Source: Candidatus Krumholzibacteriia bacterium (GTDB lineage: Bacteria; Krumholzibacteriota; Krumholzibacteriia; WVZY01). From it: a stretch of 38,099 nucleotides of DNA. This document shows, piece by piece, positions 1 through 8,689 of the stretch. The stretch's first letter is position 1. The number at the start of each line of letters is the position of its first letter. The notes below the pieces were generated by a model, which saw only the letters and a program-made list of their open reading frames with translations, was not told the DNA's origin and ran no database searches. Where the stretch lies: assembly GCA_046754105.1 (NCBI GenBank), contig JBHHVD010000024.1:1-38099 (forward strand), written 5' to 3'. The position numbers and the translations under genes are program-made.

Positions 1-123
1 GTGGTCGTCGACCGTTTTCCAGCCGCCCCCGAGACGGTCGAGCAGCGTCTTGATCGCATCCCCGGCGAGCGGCGGCACGCCGCCCCGGCACGGAACGCAT
101 TGCTTGCTGGCCAGCTCGCTCAT
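1..123 (-). CDS. phhB: Pterin-4-alpha-carbinolamine dehydratase, N-terminal part (runs off window start)
   Basis: Not in ORF track. AGGAG RBS then ATG at 123 gives MSELASKQCVPCRGGVPPLAGDAIKTLLDRLGGGWKTVDDH; the CxPCxGGVPPL...W motif is typical of this family's N-terminus. Confidence 0.8.
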   Translation of the reverse strand, partial: MSELASKQCVPCRGGVPPLAGDAIKTLLDRLGGGWKTVDDH

Positions 124-160
124 TCCGATACTCCTCGACAAACGTCCGGGCCCTCGCGCG

Positions 161-772
<612 letters not shown>

Positions 773-922
773 GACGGACTCCTTTTGTCAGGTATGTGTG
801 AGGCGGCGCTCCGTGGGCGATAGAGCGCGCCTGTTCACAACCGCTGGTCTTTGTTCGGTAGTTACGACGAGTACAGGCCTAGATGGCGTAGCGAACAACA
901 GCTAAGAGCAGAATTCTGCCAT

Positions 923-951
923 AGTATAAGCAGTTTGCGGCCGCCGGTCAA
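923..951 (-). promoter_or_regulatory. sigma70-type promoter for sodA-phhB
   Basis: TTGACC (951-946) - 17 nt - TATACT (928-923) on the minus strand. Confidence 0.7.
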
Positions 952-1036
952 AGGAGAAAATGGAACGCGCCATGTACGTGCTGCAAAAGCAATTCGCCGT
1001 CCCGCGCGGCACTCGCAATGGCACTTGCGGAAAAGG

Positions 1037-1537
1037 CTAGTCGTCTGTGGCGCCCGAGACGTTGGTCTTGAGCTCGCACTCGGGGCAGGCCTCGCCGGCC
1101 AGCCGCCAACCGAGAAACTCGTGGAAATGATCGATGACGTGGCTGATGTCTTTGGGGCAGTTGGCGAGATAATCGAGGAACACGGTCAGGCGCTCGTAGG
1201 TGTCCTTTCCGACCACGTGCTCGATCTCGCAGGCCTCCAGCTCCGCTGTCGATTCGTCGACCTTGAGGATCTCGACCAGGAAACGCTGCAGGACCTCGAA
1301 GCGCTCGTTGACGCCTTCGGCGAGCCGCCGCCCCTTGGCCGACAGCTTCACCTCGCCGTAGGAGGGGTGCAGCACGAGGCCCTTGGTCTTGAGTGTGCGC
1401 AGGGCTTCCGAGACGCTCGGCATCGTGATCCCCATCCGGTCGGCGATCGCTTTCACCCGTACCGGGTTGTTGTCCCTGCCCAGACGCAGGATCGTCTTGA
1501 GGTACATTTCCATATTGGGTGAAAGCTTCTTGCTCAC
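1037..1537 (-). CDS. DtxR/IdeR-family metal-dependent regulator with Cys-containing C-terminal tail
   Basis: Start re-assigned to GTG at 1537 (AAGGGA upstream). MEMYLKTI...IADRMGITMPSVSEALRTL wHTH, EACEIEHVV metal-binding helix, tail C...CPEC. Confidence 0.88.
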   Translation of the reverse strand: MSKKLSPNMEMYLKTILRLGRDNNPVRVKAIADRMGITMPSVSEALRTLKTKGLVLHPSYGEVKLSAKGRRLAEGVNERFEVLQRFLVEILKVDESTAELEACEIEHVVGKDTYERLTVFLDYLANCPKDISHVIDHFHEFLGWRLAGEACPECELKTNVSGATDD

Positions 1538-1617
1538 TCGCTCGTCCCTTCCAGACCGCGTGGCCCCGCCAGGTGCGCCCAACCGCGCACCGCCAACGGT
1601 TCGCTTCGCCGGGATTG

Positions 1618-1947
1618 TCAGATGTTGAAAGATTCGCCGCACCCGCAGGTGCTCGTGGCGTTCGGGTTGGAGAAGACGAAGCCCTTGCCGTTGAGCCCGG
1701 TCGTGTAATCGAGCGTGGTGCCCGCCAGGTAGAGCTGGCTCTTCGCGTCCACCACGAGGCGCACCCCGTCCTTTTCGACTTCGAGATCGCCCTCGCGCTT
1801 CTCCGTATCGATGGAGAGATCGTATGAGAATCCCGAGCACCCTCCACCCTTGACGCCGACCCGGAGATAGGCCTTATCGGGCGCGGCCTTCTCCTCTGCG
1901 ATCGCCGCCTTGATGGCCTCCACCGCACTGTCTGTTATAGTAATCAT
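1618..1947 (-). CDS. iscA: HesB/IscA A-type Fe-S carrier protein
   Basis: GGCSGFSY, FSNPNA and CGCGESF motifs with all three conserved Cys. Confidence 0.95.
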   Translation of the reverse strand: MITITDSAVEAIKAAIAEEKAAPDKAYLRVGVKGGGCSGFSYDLSIDTEKREGDLEVEKDGVRLVVDAKSQLYLAGTTLDYTTGLNGKGFVFSNPNATSTCGCGESFNI

Positions 1948-1987
1948 GTCCCGGTTTCTCCCGTTTTAAGTGGTTGCGTCCATTTCT

Positions 1988-2017
1988 ATTATAATGTGTA
2001 CGCACCCTCGTAGTCAA
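1988..2017 (-). promoter_or_regulatory. sigma70-type promoter for iscA and the DtxR-like gene
   Basis: TTGACT (2017-2012) - 18 nt - TATAAT (1993-1988). Confidence 0.7.
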
Positions 2018-2082
2018 ACAGTCCCTAACCGTCCATCACGCAAGCAATTGCCGCACCAGTTGCGGGTTCGCGTGGCGCGGGC

Positions 2083-2109
2083 GCCGCCCGGCCGGTGGGC
2101 GGCCTTTTT
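2083..2109 (+). terminator. Intrinsic-terminator-like hairpin
   Basis: GCCGCCC-ggccggt-GGGCGGC followed by cTTTTT. Confidence 0.5.
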
Positions 2110-2275
2110 CCTTCACAAAACGGGGCGGCCGACGTATATTGAACCCATTAAATCCATAAGGGATGGTGATTTCGGCGTCCGGGTACCCTGGCCCGGCGCT
2201 CCCTCCCCGATTTCCGACCCGCCCACCGGATATTCGCCGACAACAGATTTCCACATGAGAAAAAGGGAGGCCTGC

Positions 2276-3226
2276 GTGCAGGTTGTGAAGATCCTGGTGG
2301 GTATTGCCGCGCTCGTGCTCGTCCCGGCGGGCACCGTGCTGGCGCAGGCCTGGCCGCAGAACCCGGGCGGCTACTACTTCAAGGTCTCGGGCAGCTATCT
2401 CTCCACCGACGAGGAGTTCAACTTCAACGGCGACCGCAAGCCGGTCCTCAACGAGGACGGCTCCAAGATGGATACGTCGTTTCGCGACATCTCCTTTTCC
2501 GCCTATCTCGAGTACGGCTGGCTGGACTATCTGACCATCGTCGCCAGCGTGCCGTTCAAGATCGTCACCTCCAAAGAGACCCGGTCGCTGGGCGGGCTAT
2601 CGCCCACGCGAAACGAGCTAACCAACGGCGGTCTCGGCGACCTGTTCCTCGGCGCTCGTACGCCGCTCCTTAGAAGGCCGTTCGTCTTGTCCGTGCAGGG
2701 TGGCGTCAAGCTACCGCTGGGCTACGAGCAGAACCCGGACAACGAGGGACCGCCGCTCGGCACCGGCGAGGTGGACGCCGAATTCGCGCTGCTCTACGGG
2801 CAGAGCTTGTGGCCGCTCACCGCCTACATTAGTGCAGGGGCGGGTTACCGCCTGCGTGGCGGGTCCGGAGCGCGCGACCTGGCTACGGTGGGTGCCATCG
2901 GCGGCCTGAACGACGAGATCTTTTATAATGTAGAGGTGGGCTACACGGCGGGCCCCGTATTCTTCAAGGTGCGGTTCGACGGGCTGCAAAACACCGAAGA
3001 CCCGCCGGATCTCTCCGGAGCCGGCACGATCAATCCCCTGCCCGGCGGCGGCGGCTCGCGTATCGAAGTGGTGGCGGGCGACCAGAACGTTTTTAAGCTC
3101 ACGCCGGGGATCACCTACTCCGTCGGAGAGAACGTCGCCCTGAGCGCGGAGCTCTTTCACACACTCGCGGGAAAGAACACGGTGACAGGTACGGCCGTGT
3201 CGCTCGGGGTGGTGTACGCGAGGTAG
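2276..3226 (+). CDS. Outer-membrane beta-barrel protein (putative transporter)
   Basis: GTG at 2276 after GGGAGG; signal peptide ending VLA-QAW; GLGDLFLGAR, GVKLPLG and LGTG motifs; alternating beta strands; C-terminal SLGVVYAR. Confidence 0.7.
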   Translation: MQVVKILVGIAALVLVPAGTVLAQAWPQNPGGYYFKVSGSYLSTDEEFNFNGDRKPVLNEDGSKMDTSFRDISFSAYLEYGWLDYLTIVASVPFKIVTSKETRSLGGLSPTRNELTNGGLGDLFLGARTPLLRRPFVLSVQGGVKLPLGYEQNPDNEGPPLGTGEVDAEFALLYGQSLWPLTAYISAGAGYRLRGGSGARDLATVGAIGGLNDEIFYNVEVGYTAGPVFFKVRFDGLQNTEDPPDLSGAGTINPLPGGGGSRIEVVAGDQNVFKLTPGITYSVGENVALSAELFHTLAGKNTVTGTAVSLGVVYAR

Positions 3227-3311
3227 GCCTGTCGCCTCGGCGGGCCCGAGCCGTGTGATTGGTTCGAAGCGACCGGAGCCGTCCGGTCTTGGTCTACAGA
3301 TAGCGCGCGGG

Positions 3312-4190
3312 TCATTCATCCCGTTCGACGACGAAGTGCGGGATCTCGGCCAGGTCCCAGTCCAGCACGAGCCCCTTCGCCACCCGGCGGGCGTTTTCCT
3401 TCGAGTACAACTTCTCCACCAGGTAGAGTGCCGGTTCGTAGCTCAGCGCCCCGCCGACCGAGGTGATGAACTTGCCGTCGACGACAAAGTTGACGTCGCG
3501 GCGCACGTCGACCTTGGGGAACATCTCCTCGAGCTTGTCGCGGTCGGAGGGAAAGGTCGTCGCCACGCGGCCGTCCAGCACACTGGTAGCGGCCAGCGGG
3601 AAGGCGCCGTCGCACACGGAGACCACATGCGCCGCCGTTCGTACAGTTCGGACCAGCCACAACATCAAAGCCTCGTTCTCGAGGTCGTCCGTCATGCTCG
3701 TCCCGGTGCTCGGTACGACCAGGATGTCCACGTCCGGACAGTTATCGAACGAGTAGTCCGGTGTGATGCGGATGCCTTCGAACGATACGAACGGCTTGCC
3801 GTCCGGGGTCACAATGAAGCAGCGCACGTAGTTCTCGGGGTCGCGGTAGTAGGTGTGCTGCAGGATGTCGTACGGAGCCATCAGCTCCGAGTTGTAGACC
3901 GTATCCACACAGAGGAATGCCGCGTTCAATACGACGCCGTCCTCTTCAGCCGAAGCAGCCGGGGGCGCGTCTCCCGCTGCGGCGGCCGGGAGTGCGCACA
4001 TGGAGCCGAGGGTGGTGACGAGGACCGCGGCGGTTCGCACTACCCACATCGAACGCGGCCCGGCACCGCGGGCAACCAGCCGAGCCTGCGACAAGACGAA
4101 TGCGGGGACGAATGCAGCCAAGATTCCGGCCGCCATGACGCCCAAACCGACCATCCATTTCGGGTACAACTGCGGGCGGTACTCGAGCAC
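3312..4190 (-). CDS. DJ-1/PfpI-family protein with hydrophobic N-terminal segments
   Basis: DILVVP, nucleophile-elbow SVCDGAF, ATT and DGKFITSVG motifs; GTG 3 nt after the upstream stop. Start is uncertain. Confidence 0.85.
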   Translation of the reverse strand: MLEYRPQLYPKWMVGLGVMAAGILAAFVPAFVLSQARLVARGAGPRSMWVVRTAAVLVTTLGSMCALPAAAAGDAPPAASAEEDGVVLNAAFLCVDTVYNSELMAPYDILQHTYYRDPENYVRCFIVTPDGKPFVSFEGIRITPDYSFDNCPDVDILVVPSTGTSMTDDLENEALMLWLVRTVRTAAHVVSVCDGAFPLAATSVLDGRVATTFPSDRDKLEEMFPKVDVRRDVNFVVDGKFITSVGGALSYEPALYLVEKLYSKENARRVAKGLVLDWDLAEIPHFVVERDE

Positions 4191-4193
4191 GGT

Positions 4194-5027
4194 TTATCCC
4201 CTTCCCAAATACGAAGCACGCAGACTAAAACCCAAGGTTACGAACACGTCGGGCTCCGTCTGCCGGGTGAGCCCTCCTCCGACGGCGACGTCGATCTGCG
4301 CGCCCGGCCTGAAGCGATGGGTGATGCCGCCATCAAGGATCACGCTCCGATCACCAAGGCCGATGTCCGCAACCGCTATTTCCAAGAAACTTCCCGTCTT
4401 CCCGGCAAGACCATACCCCACGGCCGCCGAAAAAAGGCCCCCTGTTCTCGTGTCGCCGCCCGGCTCCTCGAATATATCCACGCCACCGTTCAGTCCCAAC
4501 GATACCGTGCCTGTCAGCTCCCAGTCCGCCGCCAGGACCACGGTACCGGCCGTATCCTCCATCTTGAACGCACCGGAACCGGAGGGCACCTCCACGTGTG
4601 CCAGCACGCCCAGCGACGGCCGCGCGCCGTCGCCCGCCGCGGACAGGTGATACTTGGCCCCGAGGGCAATCGGGGCGTACCCCGATGAACGGTCGCCGCC
4701 CATGACCTCCGCGTTCACGGAAGAAAACGCATCGGTTTCGAGGCGCAACTCGAGCCTGCCGGTGACCCCGACCCGGAGCAAGGTAGGTGTCGACCACGTC
4801 GTCGCCTCGAAGGGCCCCGCTTCGAATCGTTGCACCTGCACGGATGTCTCCACCTGGAATCTCCCCGCGCCCACGACCGTGCTCGATTCGGTGATGTCGG
4901 GACGGTCGGTGACGAGTGGCTCTTCGGTCTGCGTGTCGTTCGCCCGCGCTTGCGCTACCCCGTTCGCCTGCGGGCCCGCCACGCCGAGCAGCACACTCGT
5001 GGTGACCAGGATCCGCAGCGGCGTCAT
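4194..5027 (-). CDS. Outer-membrane beta-barrel 'transporter' (Phenol_MetA_deg-like)
   Basis: ATG at 5027 overlaps the upstream TGA (ATGA) with a GGAG RBS; signal peptide; LVTDRPDITESSTVV..G.FQVE N-terminal motif; LLRVGVTGRLELRL. Confidence 0.8.
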   Translation of the reverse strand: MTPLRILVTTSVLLGVAGPQANGVAQARANDTQTEEPLVTDRPDITESSTVVGAGRFQVETSVQVQRFEAGPFEATTWSTPTLLRVGVTGRLELRLETDAFSSVNAEVMGGDRSSGYAPIALGAKYHLSAAGDGARPSLGVLAHVEVPSGSGAFKMEDTAGTVVLAADWELTGTVSLGLNGGVDIFEEPGGDTRTGGLFSAAVGYGLAGKTGSFLEIAVADIGLGDRSVILDGGITHRFRPGAQIDVAVGGGLTRQTEPDVFVTLGFSLRASYLGRG

Positions 5028-6328
5028 TTCTCCTCCTTTGCGCCGTCGTCCTGCACGCGCGGAATGGGTTTGCCCTGCGGGTCGACCGCCGGGTCGGCGG
5101 TCGCCTCGACCAGCGCCTCCACCGTCTCGGGCGAGAGATGGTGCTCGACACGATCGGCCGGCGCGTGCACGTGGTCGCTCGGGTAGCCGAGGTCGTGCAG
5201 GTAGCTCTCGTACAAACGATGACGGCGGATCAGGTCCTCGGTAAAGCGCCGCCCGCGCTCGGTCAGCGCATACCCCTGTGCCCTGAAGGCGAGGAGCTTC
5301 GAGCGCGCCAGGCGGCGGACGACCCGCTCGGCCTTGGCCAGCGACCAGCGCTGGCCGCTCCGCAGCTCCCCGACAGTAAAGGCCGGCTCGGCGTGGCTCT
5401 CGAAGCGCCGCCACGCCCACAGGAGCAGGTCTTCCTCCACCAGGCGCCGGCGCATTCCCCAGCGGGTAACGGCGCGGGTCAGCAATCCGTGCGCGGGCGA
5501 GAACAAGAACGCCAGCAGAAAAAACGTACCGCCCACCGTCGCCATCGCTCCCGCGATCGAGCAGTCCAGCCATTTCGCAAACTGGTAACCGAGGACCGAG
5601 GAGAGGATGCCGGCGCCGACCGCGATCAAGAGCATGCGGCTGAGACGGTCGGTCAGCAGATACGCGGTCGCCGCGGGCACGATGAACATGGCCACCACCA
5701 GGATCGCCCCCACGCTCTCGAACGCGCCCACCGTCGTCACCGACACCATGCCCATCAACAGGTAGTGCATGAGCGAAACGTTGATACCGACGGCCGCCGC
5801 CATGCCGGGGTCGAACGCGCAGATCTTGAATTGTTTGTAAAAAAGCCCCACGAGGATCAAATTGACGGCGAAGAGGATGCCGTTGATCCACACCGGCCGC
5901 GGCCCGAGAAAGTTGCCGCCCAGCACCAGGGTGTCGAAAGGCGAGTATGCGATTTCGCCGTAGAGGACGCAGTCGAGGTCGAGGTCGACGTGCTGGCCGT
6001 AGTACGAAATGAGCACCACGCCCAGTGCGAAGAGCGATGTGAAGGTCACTCCGATGGCCGCGTTTCCCTCGATGCCGCGCTGCGAAAGATACTGCACGAG
6101 AAACGTGGTCAAAAACCCGATCACGACGGCGCCCAGGAACATGGGCAGCGACGCCCGGCTCTGGCTCAATACGAACGCGATGACGATACCGGGCAGGACG
6201 GCGTGTGAGATAGCATCGCCCAGCATCGACAACCGCCGCAGCACCAGGAAACAGCCGAGGAGGGCACACGACCCCCCCACCAGCGAGCCGGTGAGGATAA
6301 TCCATCCGGATGAAGAGAGCGAGATCAT
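5024..6328 (-). CDS. troD: Mn/Zn/Fe ABC permease (TroD-like) fused to a C-terminal DtxR-like domain
   Basis: ATG at 6328 (ATGA overlap); GDAISHAVLPG and VGAILVVAM motifs; tail LTERG...RRHRLYESYL...HVHAPADRVEHHL...DPQGKPIP. Confidence 0.9.
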   Translation of the reverse strand: MISLSSSGWIILTGSLVGGSCALLGCFLVLRRLSMLGDAISHAVLPGIVIAFVLSQSRASLPMFLGAVVIGFLTTFLVQYLSQRGIEGNAAIGVTFTSLFALGVVLISYYGQHVDLDLDCVLYGEIAYSPFDTLVLGGNFLGPRPVWINGILFAVNLILVGLFYKQFKICAFDPGMAAAVGINVSLMHYLLMGMVSVTTVGAFESVGAILVVAMFIVPAATAYLLTDRLSRMLLIAVGAGILSSVLGYQFAKWLDCSIAGAMATVGGTFFLLAFLFSPAHGLLTRAVTRWGMRRRLVEEDLLLWAWRRFESHAEPAFTVGELRSGQRWSLAKAERVVRRLARSKLLAFRAQGYALTERGRRFTEDLIRRHRLYESYLHDLGYPSDHVHAPADRVEHHLSPETVEALVEATADPAVDPQGKPIPRVQDDGAKEEK

Positions 6329-7611
6329 ACCGTTGCTCCGATCGGGTGCACGCTCGGCGGCAGCTTCGGCTCCCTGCCGTGGATCTCGAGCAGACGCTCC
6401 AGCTCTCCAACGATTTCCACCGACAAGAAGTGCTCGATAAAATCCGCGTCGCGATCCACGTGGTCGGCGGCGAGCTGGCTCTCGTGCATGAGGAACATTT
6501 CCCACAAGCGGTGGTTGCGCACCACGTGGTAGGCCGCCTGCAGCCCGGCCTCGGTAAAGGAGACGTCCTCCCCGCTTCGCCGCAAGAGGCCCTCGCGAAC
6601 CAGGGGCCTCACCTGTTTTGTGACGCCGTGCACGCCGCGGCCGCGCTGCTCCGCGATCCGCTCCGCGCTGACTACGATGTCCCACGATCCGGCTGACTCG
6701 GCTACTTCGTACATCGAGCGCAGGACGTTTTCGCGGGCGACGGTCGCGCGCAACAGCAGCAGCCGCCTCAGCCGCGCCAGGAGCCCCTTCCGCGGCGCGA
6801 AGAAAAACGAAAATATGAATACGCCCGTCGCGGACAACACGATGAGCGGGCCCGTCGGCATGCGCACGGCCTGTGCGCTGACCACCGTTCCCAGGAGGCC
6901 CGAGAGCGCGCCCACGCCGCCCGCGATCGCCACCAGCACACCGAGACGGTCGGTCCACAAGCGCGCCGCCGCCGGCGGCGTTATGAGCATCGCGGCCATC
7001 AGTACGACGCCGACCGCCTGCATGCCGATCACGACGGCGACCACGATCAGCACGTTCAGGAGCCCGTCGAGCAGGCCGGGGGCGAAGCCCTGCCCGTGCG
7101 CGAAGCTCGCATCGAAACACAAGAGCTTGAATTCCTTGAAGAGCGCGAGCGACGCGACGACCACGACCGCGGCGCATATCGCCATCACCCGCACGTCGCT
7201 TCCCACCAGTGACGCCGCCTGGCCGAAGAGAAACTTGTCGAGACCGGCCTGGTTGCCGCGTCCCGAGTGCTGGATGAGGGTGAGAAGGACGATGCCGACG
7301 GCGAAAAAGACACTCAGCACGAGGCCGAGTGCGGCGTCTTCCTTGATGCGCGAAAAGCGCGTGATGGACTGGATCGAAAACGCAGCCACCACGCCGGCAA
7401 TGAGCGCCCCGACCATGAAATACTCGATCGAGCGCGCGCCCGTAGCGAGAAACGCCAGACACACACCGGGCAGTGCCGCGTGTGCCAGCGCATCGCCCAT
7501 GAGGCTGCGGCGGCGAAGGAGAGCAAAGCTGCCCAATATGCCGCTACTCGCACCCAGCAACATGCAGCCGGCGAGGACCCAGCGCGTATTGGCGTCGCCT
7601 AGCCAGTCCAT
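6325..7611 (-). CDS. troC: Mn/Zn/Fe ABC permease (TroC-like) fused to a C-terminal DtxR-like domain
   Basis: GDALAHAALPG, KEDAALG, FLFGQAA and PTGPLIV motifs; tail FTEAG...RNHRLWEMFL...HVDRDADFIEHFLS. Confidence 0.9.
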   Translation of the reverse strand: MDWLGDANTRWVLAGCMLLGASSGILGSFALLRRRSLMGDALAHAALPGVCLAFLATGARSIEYFMVGALIAGVVAAFSIQSITRFSRIKEDAALGLVLSVFFAVGIVLLTLIQHSGRGNQAGLDKFLFGQAASLVGSDVRVMAICAAVVVVASLALFKEFKLLCFDASFAHGQGFAPGLLDGLLNVLIVVAVVIGMQAVGVVLMAAMLITPPAAARLWTDRLGVLVAIAGGVGALSGLLGTVVSAQAVRMPTGPLIVLSATGVFIFSFFFAPRKGLLARLRRLLLLRATVARENVLRSMYEVAESAGSWDIVVSAERIAEQRGRGVHGVTKQVRPLVREGLLRRSGEDVSFTEAGLQAAYHVVRNHRLWEMFLMHESQLAADHVDRDADFIEHFLSVEIVGELERLLEIHGREPKLPPSVHPIGATV

Positions 7612-8438
7612 TTGCCCTTTGATTCTCCGGGAAGCCGTTCTGCGACCGCCGCGGCGACATCGCTGATGATGTTCAAGCGCCCGCCGTAGGTCTTGCGCAG
7701 GTTGTCATTGGTAAACACCTCGCGGGTCGGGCCGAAGGCGATCTGCCGCATGTTGAGCAGCAGCACCCAGTCGAAGTATTCGGGCACCGTCTGCAGGTCG
7801 TGGTGCACGGAGATCACGGTCCGGCCCTGGGCCTTGACGTCGTGCAAGAGCTCGATGATCGCCTTTTCGGTGGCGGCGTCCACGCCGTTCAGCGGCTCGT
7901 CCATCAGGTAAAGGCCCGCGTCCTGCGCCAGCGCGCGCGCCAGGAAGACCCGCTGCTGCTGCCCGCCGGAGAGCTGGCTGATCTGGCGGTGAGCGTAGTC
8001 CGCCATTCCCACCTTTTGCAGGCACTCCATGGCAACCTCCTTCTCCCTGCGGCCGGGGTGCTTGAACCAGCCCAGTCTCCCGTATCGTCCCATCATGACC
8101 ACGTCGATGGCGTCGGTGGGAAAATCCCAATCGACCGACTCGCGCTGCGGAACGTAGCCGATGCGCCGGCGCTGCTCCGCCGTGGGTTGGCCGTAACTGC
8201 GCACCCAACCACTGGCCAGCGGCACCAGGCCGAGCGAAGCCTTGATGAGCGTGGTCTTGCCGGAGCCGTTGGGCCCGACGATGCCGACCAGCTTGCCTTC
8301 GGGCACGACGAAGTCGAGGTCCCACAACACGGGCCGCCGGTGGTAGGCAACGGTGAGGTCGTGCACCTCGAGCGGCGCCTTGCGACCGCCACCGGCGTCC
8401 TCTTCCGTTCGTTTCTCGGTGATTACCTGTTCGTCCAT
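7599..8438 (-). CDS. troB: Metal ABC transporter ATP-binding protein (TroB/MntB-like)
   Basis: Walker A GPNGSGKT, GYVPQ, LSGGQQQR, MDEP and H-loop VHHDL. Start placed at ATG 8438; 8478-region ATG is an alternative. Confidence 0.93.
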   Translation of the reverse strand: MDEQVITEKRTEEDAGGGRKAPLEVHDLTVAYHRRPVLWDLDFVVPEGKLVGIVGPNGSGKTTLIKASLGLVPLASGWVRSYGQPTAEQRRRIGYVPQRESVDWDFPTDAIDVVMMGRYGRLGWFKHPGRREKEVAMECLQKVGMADYAHRQISQLSGGQQQRVFLARALAQDAGLYLMDEPLNGVDAATEKAIIELLHDVKAQGRTVISVHHDLQTVPEYFDWVLLLNMRQIAFGPTREVFTNDNLRKTYGGRLNIISDVAAAVAERLPGESKGKWTG

Positions 8439-8504
8439 GGGTCTTCTACCTTTCTTCTCCTGGTCGATCACTGCCATCGCGGGTCCTGTCAGCGACAGCC
8501 CCGT

Positions 8505-8682
8505 GACGCGCCGGCGGCCGCCCACTCGGGTGACGGGACGTCGCGGGAACGAGCGAGGATCCGCCCGCGAAGCGGGCTAGCCGAGCGAAGTGGAGCGCGG
8601 GACGGAAGCCGTGTGGGCGTGTCCCCGCGCGTCGCCCACGGCAGCGCGGGACGGAAGCCGTGTGGGCGGCCGCCGGCGCGTC
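8505..8682. repeat. Palindromic intergenic element with 21-bp perfect terminal inverted repeats and a 26-bp internal direct repeat
   Basis: GACGCGCCGGCGGCCGCCCAC (8505-8525) is the reverse complement of 8662-8682; AGCGCGGGACGGAAGCCGTGTGGGCG occurs at 8594-8619 and 8643-8668; core 8532-8610 resembles 36283-36362. Confidence 0.85.
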
Positions 8683-8689
8683 CCCACCG

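Noticed and set aside
902..922. Tiny minus-strand ORF MAEFCS* upstream of sodA as a leader peptide
   Set aside because: Its ATG abuts the predicted -10 box, so it would lie upstream of the transcription start.
1618..1947. IscA/HesB as a second selenoprotein
   Set aside because: All three conserved positions are ordinary Cys codons; the TGA follows the normal GESFNI C-terminus.
2137..2163. AT-rich AACCCATTAAATCCATAAGGGAT as an Rrf2/IscR-type box
   Set aside because: Only about 5 of 9 positions are palindromic and no Rrf2 gene is in the window.
8594..8668. 26-bp direct repeat as a mini CRISPR array
   Set aside because: Only two copies with a 23-nt spacer, no cas genes or AT-rich leader, and it is part of a larger palindromic element.
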